This document shows, in pieces, positions 13,538 through 25,590 of a stretch of 64,000 nucleotides of DNA. The notes below the pieces were generated by a model, which worked only from the letters and a program-made list of their open reading frames with translations, did no database searches and was not told the origin of the DNA. Every line of letters begins with the position of its first letter. The stretch's first letter is position 1. The stretch is from Octopus sinensis (lineage: Eukaryota). The stretch spans positions 5,332,001 to 5,396,000 of the forward strand of contig NC_043003.1 in the NCBI RefSeq assembly GCF_006345805.1. The letters are read 5' to 3'. The position numbers and the translations under genes were made by a program.

Positions 13538-14055
13538 TTAAAAGCAAATGAAATGGAATCCGAAGATGCGATGGACTGAGCCAGAAGCTCATTGACCCCA
13601 GGTATCGTGACGCCAGTGCTCAGTCCAAACGAGGAAATACGTACACCATATCACATAATAAACTCTGGATTTTAAATAATGCTTTGTTATATATTTGGGT
13701 GACTCTGTGCTTGTGTGCGCGCGCGTAAAAATCCGCAGAGTTGTATCTTCCTTAAAGATTAAAGAAAGTCTTATAACAGCACGTTGTGTGTGTGTGTGTG
13801 CATATGTTTGTGTGTTTGCGTGAGTGTGTGTGTGTGTTGTGATATTTTACGGAGAACAGATGAAGTAGGTTGCCAAACTTGAATGTGATAGAGTGCAATT
13901 CATATACACATATATACACACAAGCACAGATATCCTGTGTGTGTATGTGTGCATGGGAATATGTATATATGTGTGTGAATAAATAGGTATGTGTGTGTAT
14001 GTATGTATGTATGTATGTATATATATATATATATATATACATACATACATACATA

Positions 14056-14212
14056 GGCGCAGGAGTGGCTGTGTAGTAAGTAGCTTGTTTACCAACCACA
14101 TGGTTCGGGGTTCAGTTCCACTGCATGGCACCTTGGGCAAGTGTCTTCTATAGCTTCGGGCTGACCAAAGCCTTGTGCGAGGTTTTGGTAGACGGAAACT
14201 GAAAAACCCGTC
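14056..14212 (+). mobile_element. SINE family B 5' half
   Basis: ggcgcaggagtggctgtgtagtaag...ggcaccttgggcaagtgtctt...gtagacggaaactgaaa. Confidence 0.9.
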
Positions 14213-14559
14213 ACATATATATATATGTATGTGTGTGTGTGTAATAAATAATATATGTGTGCATGTATGTGTATATAATAATAATATGTGTGTGTGTGTA
14301 TATATACGTATATATACAAAAATTCTATAATTATGAATATAATCATAATTAGGGTTTAGCAAAAATTTGCTTCACCATTTACCGAAATTTAGAAATAGCA
14401 GTTAAAACTAAGGATTTCACTAACATAAAAAAATCTCCCAAACAACAATACTCAACAACCCACGTAGGTCAAGAGAAGAAATAACGAATTCTACCGGCTT
14501 CGAATCCACCTAGGTTATCAAATAAAAAGTGTTGTTCAAGGAGCTGCTTTCCAAGTCTT

Positions 14560-15152
14560 ATGATGTTATCAGCCTCATGTATGCAAACTTGATCAAGGGA
14601 TGCACTTCGACGCTTGGTAGTTAAAAGATGTTGTCGAAGGGATATGATGCTACATTCAAAGACATGTTGGATCGATGTTAAGCCTCTTCCTCCTTGTTTT
14701 CGTTTTAGGTAGATGCGGTCTACATCACTGTTTATGTGAAAATTATTGTGCTTGTTAGTATTTTTCGAGTTTTCACATCAATGGATAGGATCCCACCAAG
14801 CGTCCAATGAAAGAGTTCAAATGTTGGTATGAGTACTGGCACTGCAAACACATTGTGGGCCACTGTTTTATTAAATGCAGAGAGTTCTGAGATCCAAATC
14901 TTCTTTATTAAGCTATAATATTTTTAGTGACACGTGTTTTGTTACAGGTGCCATTGTAAGATGTATTTTCATCCACCCCTAAATACCTGTAACATTCCTT
15001 GTGCGATGCAGGCGAAACAGTCAAGTCATTGATGGAGATGCTGCTTGTCTGGTTTATAGTTTTCCCTCTTTTCACAACCATATAACAACATTTATCCTAA
15101 CTGATCTCCAATCCTACATCCTTTGAGAATGTTGTAACTAGGTCAAGGCTCT
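14560..15152 (-). mobile_element. R4/Dong-like LINE reverse transcriptase C-terminal fragment, degenerate
   Basis: Minus strand: LDLVTTFSKDVGL...DKC..ECYRYLGVDE..KKIWISELSAFNK..AVPVL..IDVKTRKIL..DRIYLKRKQGGRGL. Confidence 0.82.
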
Positions 15153-15650
15153 TTTTCATCTCATGCGTATGTATGTATGTATGTACGTACGCACGCCTCT
15201 TTGGTCACATCTGCATATGGTTATCTTCCAAACATCTACCAGGGTTAAAGAAAATTGGAGAACGTGGTAAAGTAAATTTTTTAAAAAGTAAGACCGTGGG
15301 TTGAAGAAGTATTGTGGGAACGTGAACGTGGGAGAGGAAGAGGATGAGGCGTGGTGGGGGAGAAGGTAGTGCGGGTTAAGGGTAGCATTATGCTGATCAT
15401 ACTGAAAACGAGGAGGAGAAATTGATGCTGGAAGTAAAGATGAAGACAACAATGATAATGATCACAATGAGGAGGACAACGAGGGTGGTGGTGGTGGTGG
15501 TGGTGAGGAGGAGGATGGTGGAAGTGGTGATGATGATCATCACGCTTGCGGTGGTGATGGTAGTCTTAATATTGATGGGGTGATGGGGATGATGACGGTT
15601 TCGTGCCACAAAGTATGATACAGTAAATGTTTCAGAGGGTGGAAGGTTCA

Positions 15651-16110
15651 GGGAGAGAGAGAGAGAGACGGAGGGAGAGAGGAGAGAAGGAGAGAGAGAG
15701 AGAGAAGAAGAGAGAGAAGGAGAGAGAAGGAGAGAGAGAGAGAGACAAAGTGAAAAAAGAATAAAAGAGAGAAAAAGAGAGAGTGTGTGTATGTGTGTAT
15801 GAGTGAAGGAAATGCGTCTCTATATGTGTGTGTGTATGTGTGTGTGTGTGTTTGTGTGATGGAGAAACCCGACATAAAATGTAAAAACGAAAAGAAAAAT
15901 TAACAAATAAGGAAAACAAAACAAATACAAACACGAAGAATGTATAAAAAATAACTGTAATGAATCTTGCTATTGAAAGAGAGAGACAGAAGGAGAGACA
16001 GAGGGAGAGAGACAGAAGGAGAGAGAGGTGAGAGAGACAGAAGGAGAGAGAGAGAAGAGAGGGACAGAAAGAGAGAGAGAAGAGAGAGACAGAAGGAGAG
16101 AGAGGAGATA
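15651..16110. repeat. (GA)n polypurine tracts with an interspersed (TG)n
   Basis: Visible tracts at 15651-15782 and 15977-16108. Confidence 0.9.
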
Positions 16111-16957
16111 TGGAGGCCGAGTTAGTGAGAGATTCTCGAACAAGGCAACATTAGAAATATAACAACACAGAACGCCTCTGTATCTATGATTGTTTTTGCA
16201 GTTTATATTCCTGCATTCTTTTATTCTCTCATTCTTACATTCTTAGAAGATGCTAGATTTCTTTGACATAAAGAAAGCCATGTTATTGAAGCTGACGTGA
16301 CCATCACATAGAACGAATCTCTTTTAAGGAAATTCTAGTGTCGTTCATGTCTTAGGTGTTGTTGTTGTTTTTTTGCGGTTTTTCTTTATTGTTCTTTGTA
16401 CTTTTATTGTTGTTCTTGTTCTTCGTCCTCATATTTGTGGTGCTTTTGTTGGTGTCAGTTCGTGTACATTAACGTTGTTACTCTTGTTGTTATTGTTCTT
16501 GTTGTTGTTATGCATTATCTCTTCTTTTTTTCTATGTATTACGTTGTGTACATCCGGACTACGCTGTCTGAGGTAGTTTTAAGACTATAGAATCTGAATC
16601 GAGCGATATTTGGCTGTTATTTCTCGAACAAAGTTGGTTCGATCATAACGTGATTTGAGATTGTGACTCTGCGACGTCTTGAGCAAGTTCCTCTAAGATT
16701 GATCCAAATCTTGTCAGTAAAATATGGTAATAGTCAGAGGGTGGTATCATTCTTTTCTTCCGATGCCGGACAAATTATGGTACCAGGTGTAACACCACCC
16801 ACCTGGGTATTGGGACAGATTCTGGTTGGAGGCTAATGTTTTTCCTTCCGAACCAATTAAATTTCTAGATTCTTAAAACGAACCCAGGTGGCGCTGTCAT
16901 ACCAACAACAGACAAAACATTACACACAGACATCTCACCGCTCCAGTAATATCCATT

Positions 16958-17352
16958 GTCTTTTACTTGTCTCAGTCAAACTACGGCCATGCTGGGGCAC
17001 CACCATGCTGAATTTTTAGTCCAATGAATCGGCTCCAGTATCTTTTCCTTTTAAATACTGGTACTTATTCAATTAGTCTCTATTGCCGAATTACAGGGAC
17101 ATAAACACACCAACACCGAGTCTCAGGCAGGGACATAAACACACCAACACCGAGTCTCAGGCAGGGACATAAACACACCAGCACCGGGTCTCAGGCAGTG
17201 GTGGGTAAGACACAAGCACAAAGACATACACACGCGCGGTTTCCGATCCCGTCCCACTGCGCAGCACCTTGGGCAAATGGTTTTTTGTTATGGACCAACC
17301 AAAGTCTTGTGAGTGGATTTGGTTTACAGAATCTGAAAGAAGACTGTCGTGT
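16958..17352. mobile_element. Rearranged SINE family B pieces (minus-strand tail half, then plus-strand head half)
   Basis: cttttacttgtctcagtc..gccatgctgggg at 16960; cccactgcgcagcaccttgggcaa..gtgagtggatttgg at 17250-17345. Confidence 0.7.
17094..17198. repeat. 34 bp minisatellite x3 inside a SINE
   Basis: cagggacataaacacaccaacaccgagtctcagg starts at 17094, 17128 and 17162. Confidence 0.95.
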
Positions 17353-17383
17353 GTACACATACACACATATATGTGTATTCATA

Positions 17384-17417
<34 letters not shown>

Positions 17418-17482
17418 ATGAATACTATATGCATGCATATATACATATGTATATATGTGTGTGTGTGTGTATATGTGGGTGG

Positions 17483-17540
<58 letters not shown>

Positions 17541-17549
17541 GTAATGTAA

Positions 17550-17826
17550 TGTTGGCAAATGAAATAGGGATAAGATTGTGCATTGTCCGTTTAATTGGAA
17601 AATTCTATATGTGGCTGAAGAGTGCTCGACATTTTAAAACTGATGTAATACTTACAGTGTTTAATAAAATGAAGTAGCATGAAACAATTGTACTACTCTA
17701 CTTTAGATATCCTTGTTGATTATTTTGATTATAATCACCCCATTTGATTTATATGAATAATACGATACAAAATTCTGGTGCCTTTAGCTTAAGTACCATA
17801 TTCATCGGAATCCAAATTTTGCTGAA

Positions 17827-17830
<4 letters not shown>
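17550..17830 (+). mobile_element. Solo Penelope-like pLTR in (TA)n
   Basis: ~280 bp AT-rich unit bounded by (TA)n on both sides and carrying a hammerhead. Confidence 0.65.
17611..17696 (+). ncRNA. Type I hammerhead ribozyme with long stem II
   Basis: gtgg-CTGAAGA-[gtgct..catttta.aaactg..cagtgt..taaaatg..agcat]-GAAA-caattg-TA-ctac; intact core, palindromic stem III, predicted cut after GUA at 17692. Confidence 0.82.
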
Positions 17831-17876
<46 letters not shown>

Positions 17877-18214
17877 TACATACATACATACATATGTATG
17901 TGTGTATATATATATATGAATATCTATGGATGTATGTATTTAATTATCTTGTAAACCTGATGACTACAAACGATTAACTTCTTTTAAAGAATTTCAAACA
18001 GGTTTCTCCTACATGTTTCAAGGAAGTAAGACGCATGTACAGCGGATGCAGTCAGCATTTTTGCCAAAATAATTAATTATTCCGTTTAACTGCGTCAAAT
18101 ACTGCATTCGTTGATGGATGTAGATTCAGACAGCAAATAGCGATTACCATCCATACAGGCACACCTACAAAAATACATCGGCGTGAGCGTCTAATATGGG
18201 TTTCGGCGTTAGGG

Positions 18215-18757
18215 TGGGTGTGCATTTGTGTGTACACGTGTTGGAGTATGTGTGGGCGTGTGTGTGTGCGTGTTGGTGTGTGAGTGTGCATGTTGCTGTG
18301 TGTGTGTGCATGTTGGTGTGTGTGTATTCGTGTTAGAGTGTGTGTGTGCTTGTTTGAGTGTGTGTATGTCTGTGTGCGCGTGTGGTATGTGAACGTGTTG
18401 AATATGGATACATAAATGCGCACAGGAGGTGATGGTCATAGGAACGGCATCGAGTTATATTTACGATTAGTTGATTATATACACAGACATATATATATAT
18501 ATATATATATTTATACAACATGTATACGTATTCACATACTTATATGCACGCACACACACACACACACAGATGTGAATATTTGAAGATTGATAGATGCTCA
18601 CATATAAATGTATGCAATTTTATGTATGTATATATAATGAACATATGTACAAACATTTGTATGTTAGCGGACACATTCAGACATATATATATATATGTAT
18701 GTATGTACACATGTATGTATGCATATATGTATGTTTATTAATATATATATATATGTG

Positions 18758-18824
<67 letters not shown>

Positions 18825-19005
18825 GTATATACATACATAAATATATATAAACATAAATGTAGTGTATATATATATATATACACACGTACATATATATGTG
18901 TGTGTATGCATTTGTGTAAGTATACGTATATATATATATATATATATAATATATATATATATATATACACACGAACGTACATGCAGACGTACATACACAC
19001 ACATA
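18215..19005. repeat. Compound (TG)n/(TA)n/(CA)n microsatellite region
   Basis: Directly visible. Confidence 0.9.
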
Positions 19006-19487
19006 GACAGAATCTGTCGTTTCGACACATATTTCTATTAAAATGATTAATAGTTTTCGGTAAGTGAACAAAAGAAAGGAAAAGAAGAAAGAATTGGCGG
19101 AAGTTCTAAGTAAAAATACCATTCTGTTAAATTATGAAAATTATATGAAATATAACTTGTTAATATCAAATGTCAAATTAATGTGCAGCAAGTATGGTAG
19201 AATCAGCCATTCGATTAGCAGACCATCAAAACAGTTGTTAGAAATGAAATGCAACAAAAGAACAAGAATACATTGAACACGTCGATAGAGTGTGTCACAC
19301 CAAATAACATATGTAATACATGACTAATGTGCAAATTTCTCGCTAAAACATTTAAAGAGACTTGCCAATTGTTCGCTGAATGTTTAATCCGCCATTTGCC
19401 TGCACAATATGGCGTGTGTGTGCGTGTATTCTATATATATATATATATATATATGTTATATAATATATATACAATTATAAATATATA

Positions 19488-19525
<38 letters not shown>

Positions 19526-20222
19526 GTGTACATAAGCGTATATATGTGTGTATGCTTATTGTTGAACAATCGGAGTCGTTTGCCTTTGATATAACTGAAG
19601 TTTATAAAAGTATATCACAGACTATATTATGCAAAGATCGCTTCCTTTTTACATGACAGTAGGATGTAAAAGGACTGAGATTTACTGCTATGTCTAGCAG
19701 ATAGAAGGTCATTTATTGTCTGGTTGGATAATGCTGCAATATATATTATAATATATATTATATATATAATATATATATATATATTATATATATATATATT
19801 TATATTGAAATTGTTCTGTGAATGTTTAAACAGAAATATGAATGGGAGATGTAAAGTTTAACAATCGTTATATTTCCCTTTGATATAATTGTGATACATA
19901 AAGAACACTCCATTTTCCTTTAAGACTGTCGGCTGCAGTTTGAAGGAGATTTTGCAACTGTTTCTCATGACTTGAAGTAAATGTGGTTATTACTTATATA
20001 AGGTATATTTAGTCGCCACTTACGAATCGCCGCGTTGAATTGCCTGCACCAATTGAAGCAAAGACTAGAAAAGAGCCTAATTCGAAATAAGATTTATGAA
20101 TGACATGCGATAAATTAGACCTGAGTCCTTTTGAAATCGATGAAACCTAGTGTAATGTCCACATGGGCCACCGAAACATCTCCTACATACGGTTCATACA
20201 GAAAGAGGTAATGGTATATATA

Positions 20223-21206
20223 TATCAGGTCATCCCATAAGTTCTGTCCGAATTTTGAATTAAAAAAACATATGACCAAATGCTATATCTAACTGAAATT
20301 TAATCATCAATGAACTTTCCCTGATTATCTATGACTTCCTTCCATCTATTTACAAGCTTTTTAATCTAATCAATATAAACTTCTTTTGGTTTCAAAGCAA
20401 AGAACTCTGAAATGTCAGTTTCGACCTCCTCCTGGCTTGCGAAAGTTATGTCCATCAAATGATTCTGTAAACTACGAAACAAATGGTAGTATGAAGGAGC
20501 AAGATCGGGAGAATAAGGTGGATGACGTGATCTTTGCCGTGTGGGGTCACGCATTGTCCTGATGAAACATCACTCCTCTTCAATTCACTAAAGCGGGTTT
20601 TTTTTCCTTCGAAGCTTGATTCAAACGCTCTAATTTCTGACAGCAGACTTGAGCATTGATTGTTGCATTGATTGTTGCGAGAATGGAGAGCAGAGCATAT
20701 GACAACTCGGGATTTGCGTTTGCTATCGGACAATTCATGAGGTATCCATTTTCCAAGTTTAGGAACAATTCCAAGTTGTTGAAGATGGCGGTGAACAGTT
20801 GTATGGTTTGAATTACGCTTTATTGCCAATTCTTCAACTGATAATGCAGGATTTTCTTCAAGTAATGTCTCAAGGAACTTATCATCAAACTAAACTGGAC
20901 GTCCTGTTCGATCTTCATCTTCAAGGCTGAAATCTCCACTTCTGAAGTTTGCAAGCCATCTTCTGCAAGTTCTTTCATTCAAGCATTTCCCCCCATAAAA
21001 TGAGAGTATGTATCGAGTTGCTTCGACTGCAGAGTTTCCTTTTTCGTACTCATAAAGCATTATGAGCCTCAAATGCTCTTTGGATACTTCCATGTTAGAA
21101 AGGGTTTTAAAGAAATTTTAATTCTATTTGATATTCTAAAATACTTCTATATTTCATTCAATATTAAAAAAGTAAAGTCGGACAGAACTTATGGGATGAC
21201 CTGGTG
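20223..21206 (-). mobile_element. Mariner DNA transposon, internally deleted and non-autonomous
   Basis: TIRs caggtcatcccataagttctgtccga / tcggacagaacttatgggatgacctg in TA context; ~980 bp, shorter than the ~1.3 kb of full mariners. Confidence 0.95.
20260..21093 (-). pseudogene. Mariner transposase pseudogene (Hsmar1/SETMAR-like)
   Basis: N-terminal HTH MEVSKEHLRLIMLYEY..ERTCRRW..FRSGDFSLEDEDRTGRP, WIPHEL motif and HPPYSPDLAPS.YHLF; stops, frameshifts and loss of much of the catalytic region. Confidence 0.92.
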
Positions 21207-21231
21207 TATATATATAAATATATATATATAT

Positions 21232-21267
<36 letters not shown>

Positions 21268-21277
21268 TTTTTTGGAG

Positions 21278-21725
21278 GGATGTAAACACACCAGCATCGG
21301 TTGTCAAGAAATGGTGGAGGGTCAAACGCTGACAGATTTTTATAAGACGGTCTTCTTTCAGTTTTCGTCTACCAAATCCACTCACAAGGCTTTGGTCGGC
21401 CTGAGGCTATAGGAGAAGACACTTGCCGAAGGTGCAATGCAGTGGGGCTGAACCCAGAACTAGGTAGTTGAGAAGCATGCTTCTTACCACACAGCCATAT
21501 GTGTGTACATGTGTATAAATAAATATATATATATATATATATATTCTCTTTTACGTGTTTCCCTCATTACACAGTGGCCATGCTGGGGCGTCGTCTTGAA
21601 GAATTTTGTATTCTAAGTTATTGACCCCAGTTGTTGCTATTTTTAAAGCGGGTACTTATTCTAGAAGGCCTTTTTGCCGAACCCGGAACCGTGCCGTTGA
21701 GAAGCTATCTTCTAACCACACAGCT
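21278..21725 (-). mobile_element. Two partial SINE family B copies
   Basis: 21278-21498 and 21545-21725 match family B head, CORE and tail segments. Confidence 0.8.
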
Positions 21726-22083
21726 TCGATTATGCAGGTATGTATGTTTGTATGCATGTATGTGTGTAAGTGTGTGTGTAGGTGTATGTACGTGTCTGTG
21801 TGCGTGTGTGTATGTGTGAGTGAGTGAGTGTAGCGAGAGGAATATGTTTACAGTGGCACCAAATTTCGGCTTTCTCGCTCTTGCCACACTGTCAGGCTCA
21901 TAGAAATTGATATATATATATATATATAATTATATACATATATATAGAAATTGATATATATATACAGGGGGAGATATAGAAATTTAATGTATAAAGTGAT
22001 TATTCGGTAGAAAGACAGCCTTAGACACACACACGTATGAGAGAGACAGAGAGAGAGAGGGGGAAAAAGAGAGAGAGGGATGC

Positions 22084-22115
<32 letters not shown>

Positions 22116-22323
22116 AGAGAAAATCAGTATGAAAAGATAAGAACAATATCGGATATGTAGGGGTTTTAAAGATTATATTGACAAAAAGGCGTTGGGTAAA
22201 TACATATATGCGTGCGCACGCGTGGGTATCAGGAGTATGCGTGCATGTATATGCATATGTATATATACTTATAAACACACATATATACGTTTATGCATGT
22301 ATGTACAAATATATATATATATA

Positions 22324-22354
<31 letters not shown>

Positions 22355-22493
22355 GGGAGAGTTTACGAAAAAAATAAAAAACAAAGACAGGTGGTGTACA
22401 AAACAAACAGATGTATTAGTATTACGTTCAGGAATAGAAAAAAGTCTTTTAGGTTTCGAGCCTACGCTCTTCTACAGAAAGGGAGACAGAAAC
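22355..22493 (-). mobile_element. Penelope-like pLTR fragment, CUGUAGA-hammerhead family
   Basis: Near-identical to 37421-37610 and 45428-45585; hammerhead-like motif at 22446-22481; flanked by (TA)n. Confidence 0.75.
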
Positions 22494-23105
22494 ATATATA
22501 TATATATATATATATATAAATCACCAACTCCACTCCGAGTTTCACCGGTCACTCTATCAATTGCCAGAAACACAAAAATGTCTAATTAAATTTGAAATCG
22601 TGCTTTTAGCTTCTCATATCATGCTCTATTTTGAAGTCATCGAGTACCTTCCTTCTCTCTCTCTCGTATTCGGTGACATATATCCATTCTTTTATCATGT
22701 ATATCTATACCCATTCGTGGTATATCCGCTCCATGTGCATGGGTGTGTAGGGCGGGTATGCATGGCATATGAACGCATGTTGCATATCGCATTTGTCGCG
22801 TAACCCATCGAATCTTGATAGGAGGAAACCCCTCACACAACCCCCACGCATAGCATAGAACACTACTAAGACGGATCGCTATTTCTATGAGATGTCGAAT
22901 AATGAGGTTGTTAAGGAGAAGGATTGAGTATGGATAAGACGGTTGGCTTAACGATGATGGAGGTGGTGGTGGTGGAGGGGAGGCTACGGTGGAAGGTGGA
23001 GTTGTAGTGGAGAAGTCAAGACTTAGATTAACATCACAAACAAACTACACAATTCCAGAAACCCCTCCTCTTCGTTTTTCTTTCTTTTTTTTTTACATAA
23101 TACAG

Positions 23106-23249
23106 GCAGGAGATAGAAAGACAACAGAAAGATGTGGCAATGGAGATACATCATCAACATCATCAACATCAACAACACCAACCAGCAACAACAACAACAG
23201 CGGCGTAAACCAAGATTCGATTGAGAAAACAGCTCGGCAGCCATTTTAA
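23106..23249 (+). other. Possible exon (strong acceptor followed by CAA/CAT-rich sequence)
   Basis: Long polypyrimidine tract ending ...tacataatacag at 23105; all frames stop within 145 nt and no homology is recognised. Confidence 0.2.
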
Positions 23250-24013
23250 TCGCTACAGCGGATATTGTAATGCTGTCACGTGATCAGCTTCTGTTCGACA
23301 TCCTTGCATTGTCACTTTAATACGATTACTCGCGAACAAAGTCGTAATCCAGAATCTCCTCCAATGCAATGCGTTGTATAGGAGTATGTGCAGTGATTGT
23401 GTGTTTGTATGTGTGTGTTTACGTGTTTGTATGTGTGTTTACGTGTGTGTGTGTTTGTTTTTAGGTGTGTTTGTGTGTTTGTGTGCGAAGTTTTCTTTGC
23501 TTTGCTTTGTTTAGATATATTCCTTGTTTATTCATTCAATTTTACCTTTTATTTATCTTTTATTTTTGATTTATATTTCCATTTATTTATTTATACGTGT
23601 AGTTATTTGGTTACGAAGGCATCGCAGACGATAATCGATGAGAGACGAGTATACTATAAATGGCGAAAGTATCACAATGAACAATTCCTTTCCATTGTAC
23701 TATTTCGAGCGACAAGATTTTCTTAGTTTTATTAGTGATACATGTATTGTCGTTGTAGTTGTCCCCGTTATCGTTGATGGCGATGTAGTTGTTGTTGTCG
23801 TTGTGGTTGTTGTTGCGCTTGTTGTTGGAGTTGTCAGTTATTCACAAAATAGGTTCGGTTTATGTTTTAAGCATGGAGTTCTTAACACAATCGCTGTACG
23901 ACTTTATTATCATTCAGGGAACATGCCAATACATACATGCGTCAGTGCACACTCGCCCGCATACACAGCTAATATATACACCCATTTACATACGTACACA
24001 ATTACACACTTGC

Positions 24014-24048
<35 letters not shown>

Positions 24049-24081
24049 GGGAGGTTAAATAATAATAATAATAATAATGAT

Positions 24082-24530
24082 CCTTTCTAATATAGAAAAA
24101 ACGCGAGTAGGAATACAGTAAGTTCATCGATAATATCGGCTCCAGTATTTGACTGGTATTAATTTTATCGACTCTGAATAGATGAAATGCAAAATCAACG
24201 ACTGAAGAACTTAAACTCAGAACCTAAAGAGCCGGAAGAGATAACGGTAAGCATTTTCTTCCGGCCTTCTAACAAGTCTGATTGCTCGCCATCTTTATAA
24301 TAATAATAATTATTATTATTATCATTATTATTACAGAATAGTCAGTATGCCGGGCGAAATGCTTCGTGGTATTTCGCCCGGTCTTTACTTTCCGAGTTCA
24401 ACTTCCGCTGAGGTCGACGTTGCCTTTCATACATTCGGGGTCATTAAATTAAGTACCAGTGAAATACTTGCGTCGATGCAATTTACTAGTCCCCTCCCCT
24501 AAATTTCAAGCCATTTGCTTACAGTAGAAA
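24082..24530. mobile_element. Head-to-head pair of SINE family A copies
   Basis: Minus copy about 24082-24293, plus copy about 24348-24530, separated by TAA/TTA repeats. Confidence 0.8.
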
Positions 24531-24591
24531 TCACTATTATTATTATTATTATTTTTATTATTTTCATTATTATTATTATTATCATCATTAA

Positions 24592-25032
24592 GTGAGAGAG
24601 CAGTGCATGCCATCAAAGTGACACTGGGGTAAAATATACAAAGCCCAGTATACCCATCATGACTACCCTCTGATAAGGGTACACTAAGCACATGCATCAC
24701 AACCATATGTGCGCGACATGGTGATCTCATATCAAGATAAACAGCGCATGACCTTGCAGGTGGGGCCCAGTTAGAATTTTCTTCTGGTCGAGTAACCCAT
24801 CCTGCTCAAAAGGTCCCTGAATAAGGGTTGTTTAAGGATGTTGAACGAAACAACCATGTTTCCAGAGGTGAATTATCCAAACCTCCAAGAATTCCTTTCA
24901 AAACATGGCTATGATGCTCCCCCACTACTTCTGTTCGTGATTAGAGTTGCACATATCGTCAGGCACTAAGGGACATGGTCAACTGATTAAGGTCAAGTAA
25001 CTGACAAGCAAATCTGTGGTATTGAGCAGAAT
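24592..25032 (-). mobile_element. Probable 3' end/UTR of an RLE-type LINE ending in (TAA)n
   Basis: Abuts (TTA)n at 24535-24590; minus strand starts ILLNTTDLLVS, like an ORF terminus; the family call is inference. Confidence 0.5.
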
Positions 25033-25033
25033 A

Positions 25034-25267
25034 AGGCGGCGAGCTGGCAGAAACGTTAGCACGTCGGACGAAATGCTTAGCAGTATTTTGTCTGCCGCTA
25101 CGTTTTGAGTTCAAATTCCGCCGAGGTCGACTTTGTCTTTCATCCGTTCGGGATCGATTACATAAGTACCATTTACGCACTGGGGTCGATTTAATCGACT
25201 TGAACCGTTTGTCTGTCCTTGTTTGCCCCTTCTGTGTTTAGCCCCTTGTGGGTAGTAAAGAACTAGA
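25034..25267 (+). mobile_element. SINE family A, well-preserved monomer
   Basis: aggcggcgagctggcagaaacgttagc...gagttcaaattccgccgaggtcgac...gccccttgtgggtagtaaagaa. Confidence 0.92.
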
Positions 25268-25269
25268 CT

Positions 25270-25590
25270 GTTGGAAAAGAAGAGAATCCTAACATCGAGC
25301 TTTAGCAAGTTACCTTAGATGCCAAGAACCCTCCTAAGTACCCTAACTGTCCATCATAACAGTTTTCTGGAGCTGTACTGGGTTTTATGCCTGTCTCCTC
25401 TATCCATCTGTTCAAATCTTTAACGATAGTTTCCAATACACATATAACCGCAATACGTTCTACCCGCACTTTCCGCAGTCTCTGTAATTCAATAGATAGG
25501 TCCTGGTACTTTGCTATTTTTCTATACCTTTCATATTAAACTTTTCATCAAGTGCGACCGTAAAGTCAATTATCTGGCTCTTTGCATTAC
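25270..25590 (-). mobile_element. R4/Dong-like RLE fragment
   Basis: Minus strand QIIDFTVALDEK..IAKYQDLSIELQRLRKVRVERIAV..TIVKDLNRWIEE. Confidence 0.7.

Noticed and set aside
16569-16590. let-7-like tgaggtagt; also miR-9-like at 33741 and miR-124-like at 36659
   Set aside because: Only the first 9-11 nt match, no precursor hairpin is evident, and some lie within repeats.
17094-17198. CRISPR-like 34 bp repeats
   Set aside because: Units are contiguous with no spacers, lie inside a SINE, and the context is eukaryotic with no cas genes.
17953-18006. CTGATGA within aaacctg...caggttt
   Set aside because: No GAAA/stem III/UH in the right arrangement; only a short chance inverted repeat.
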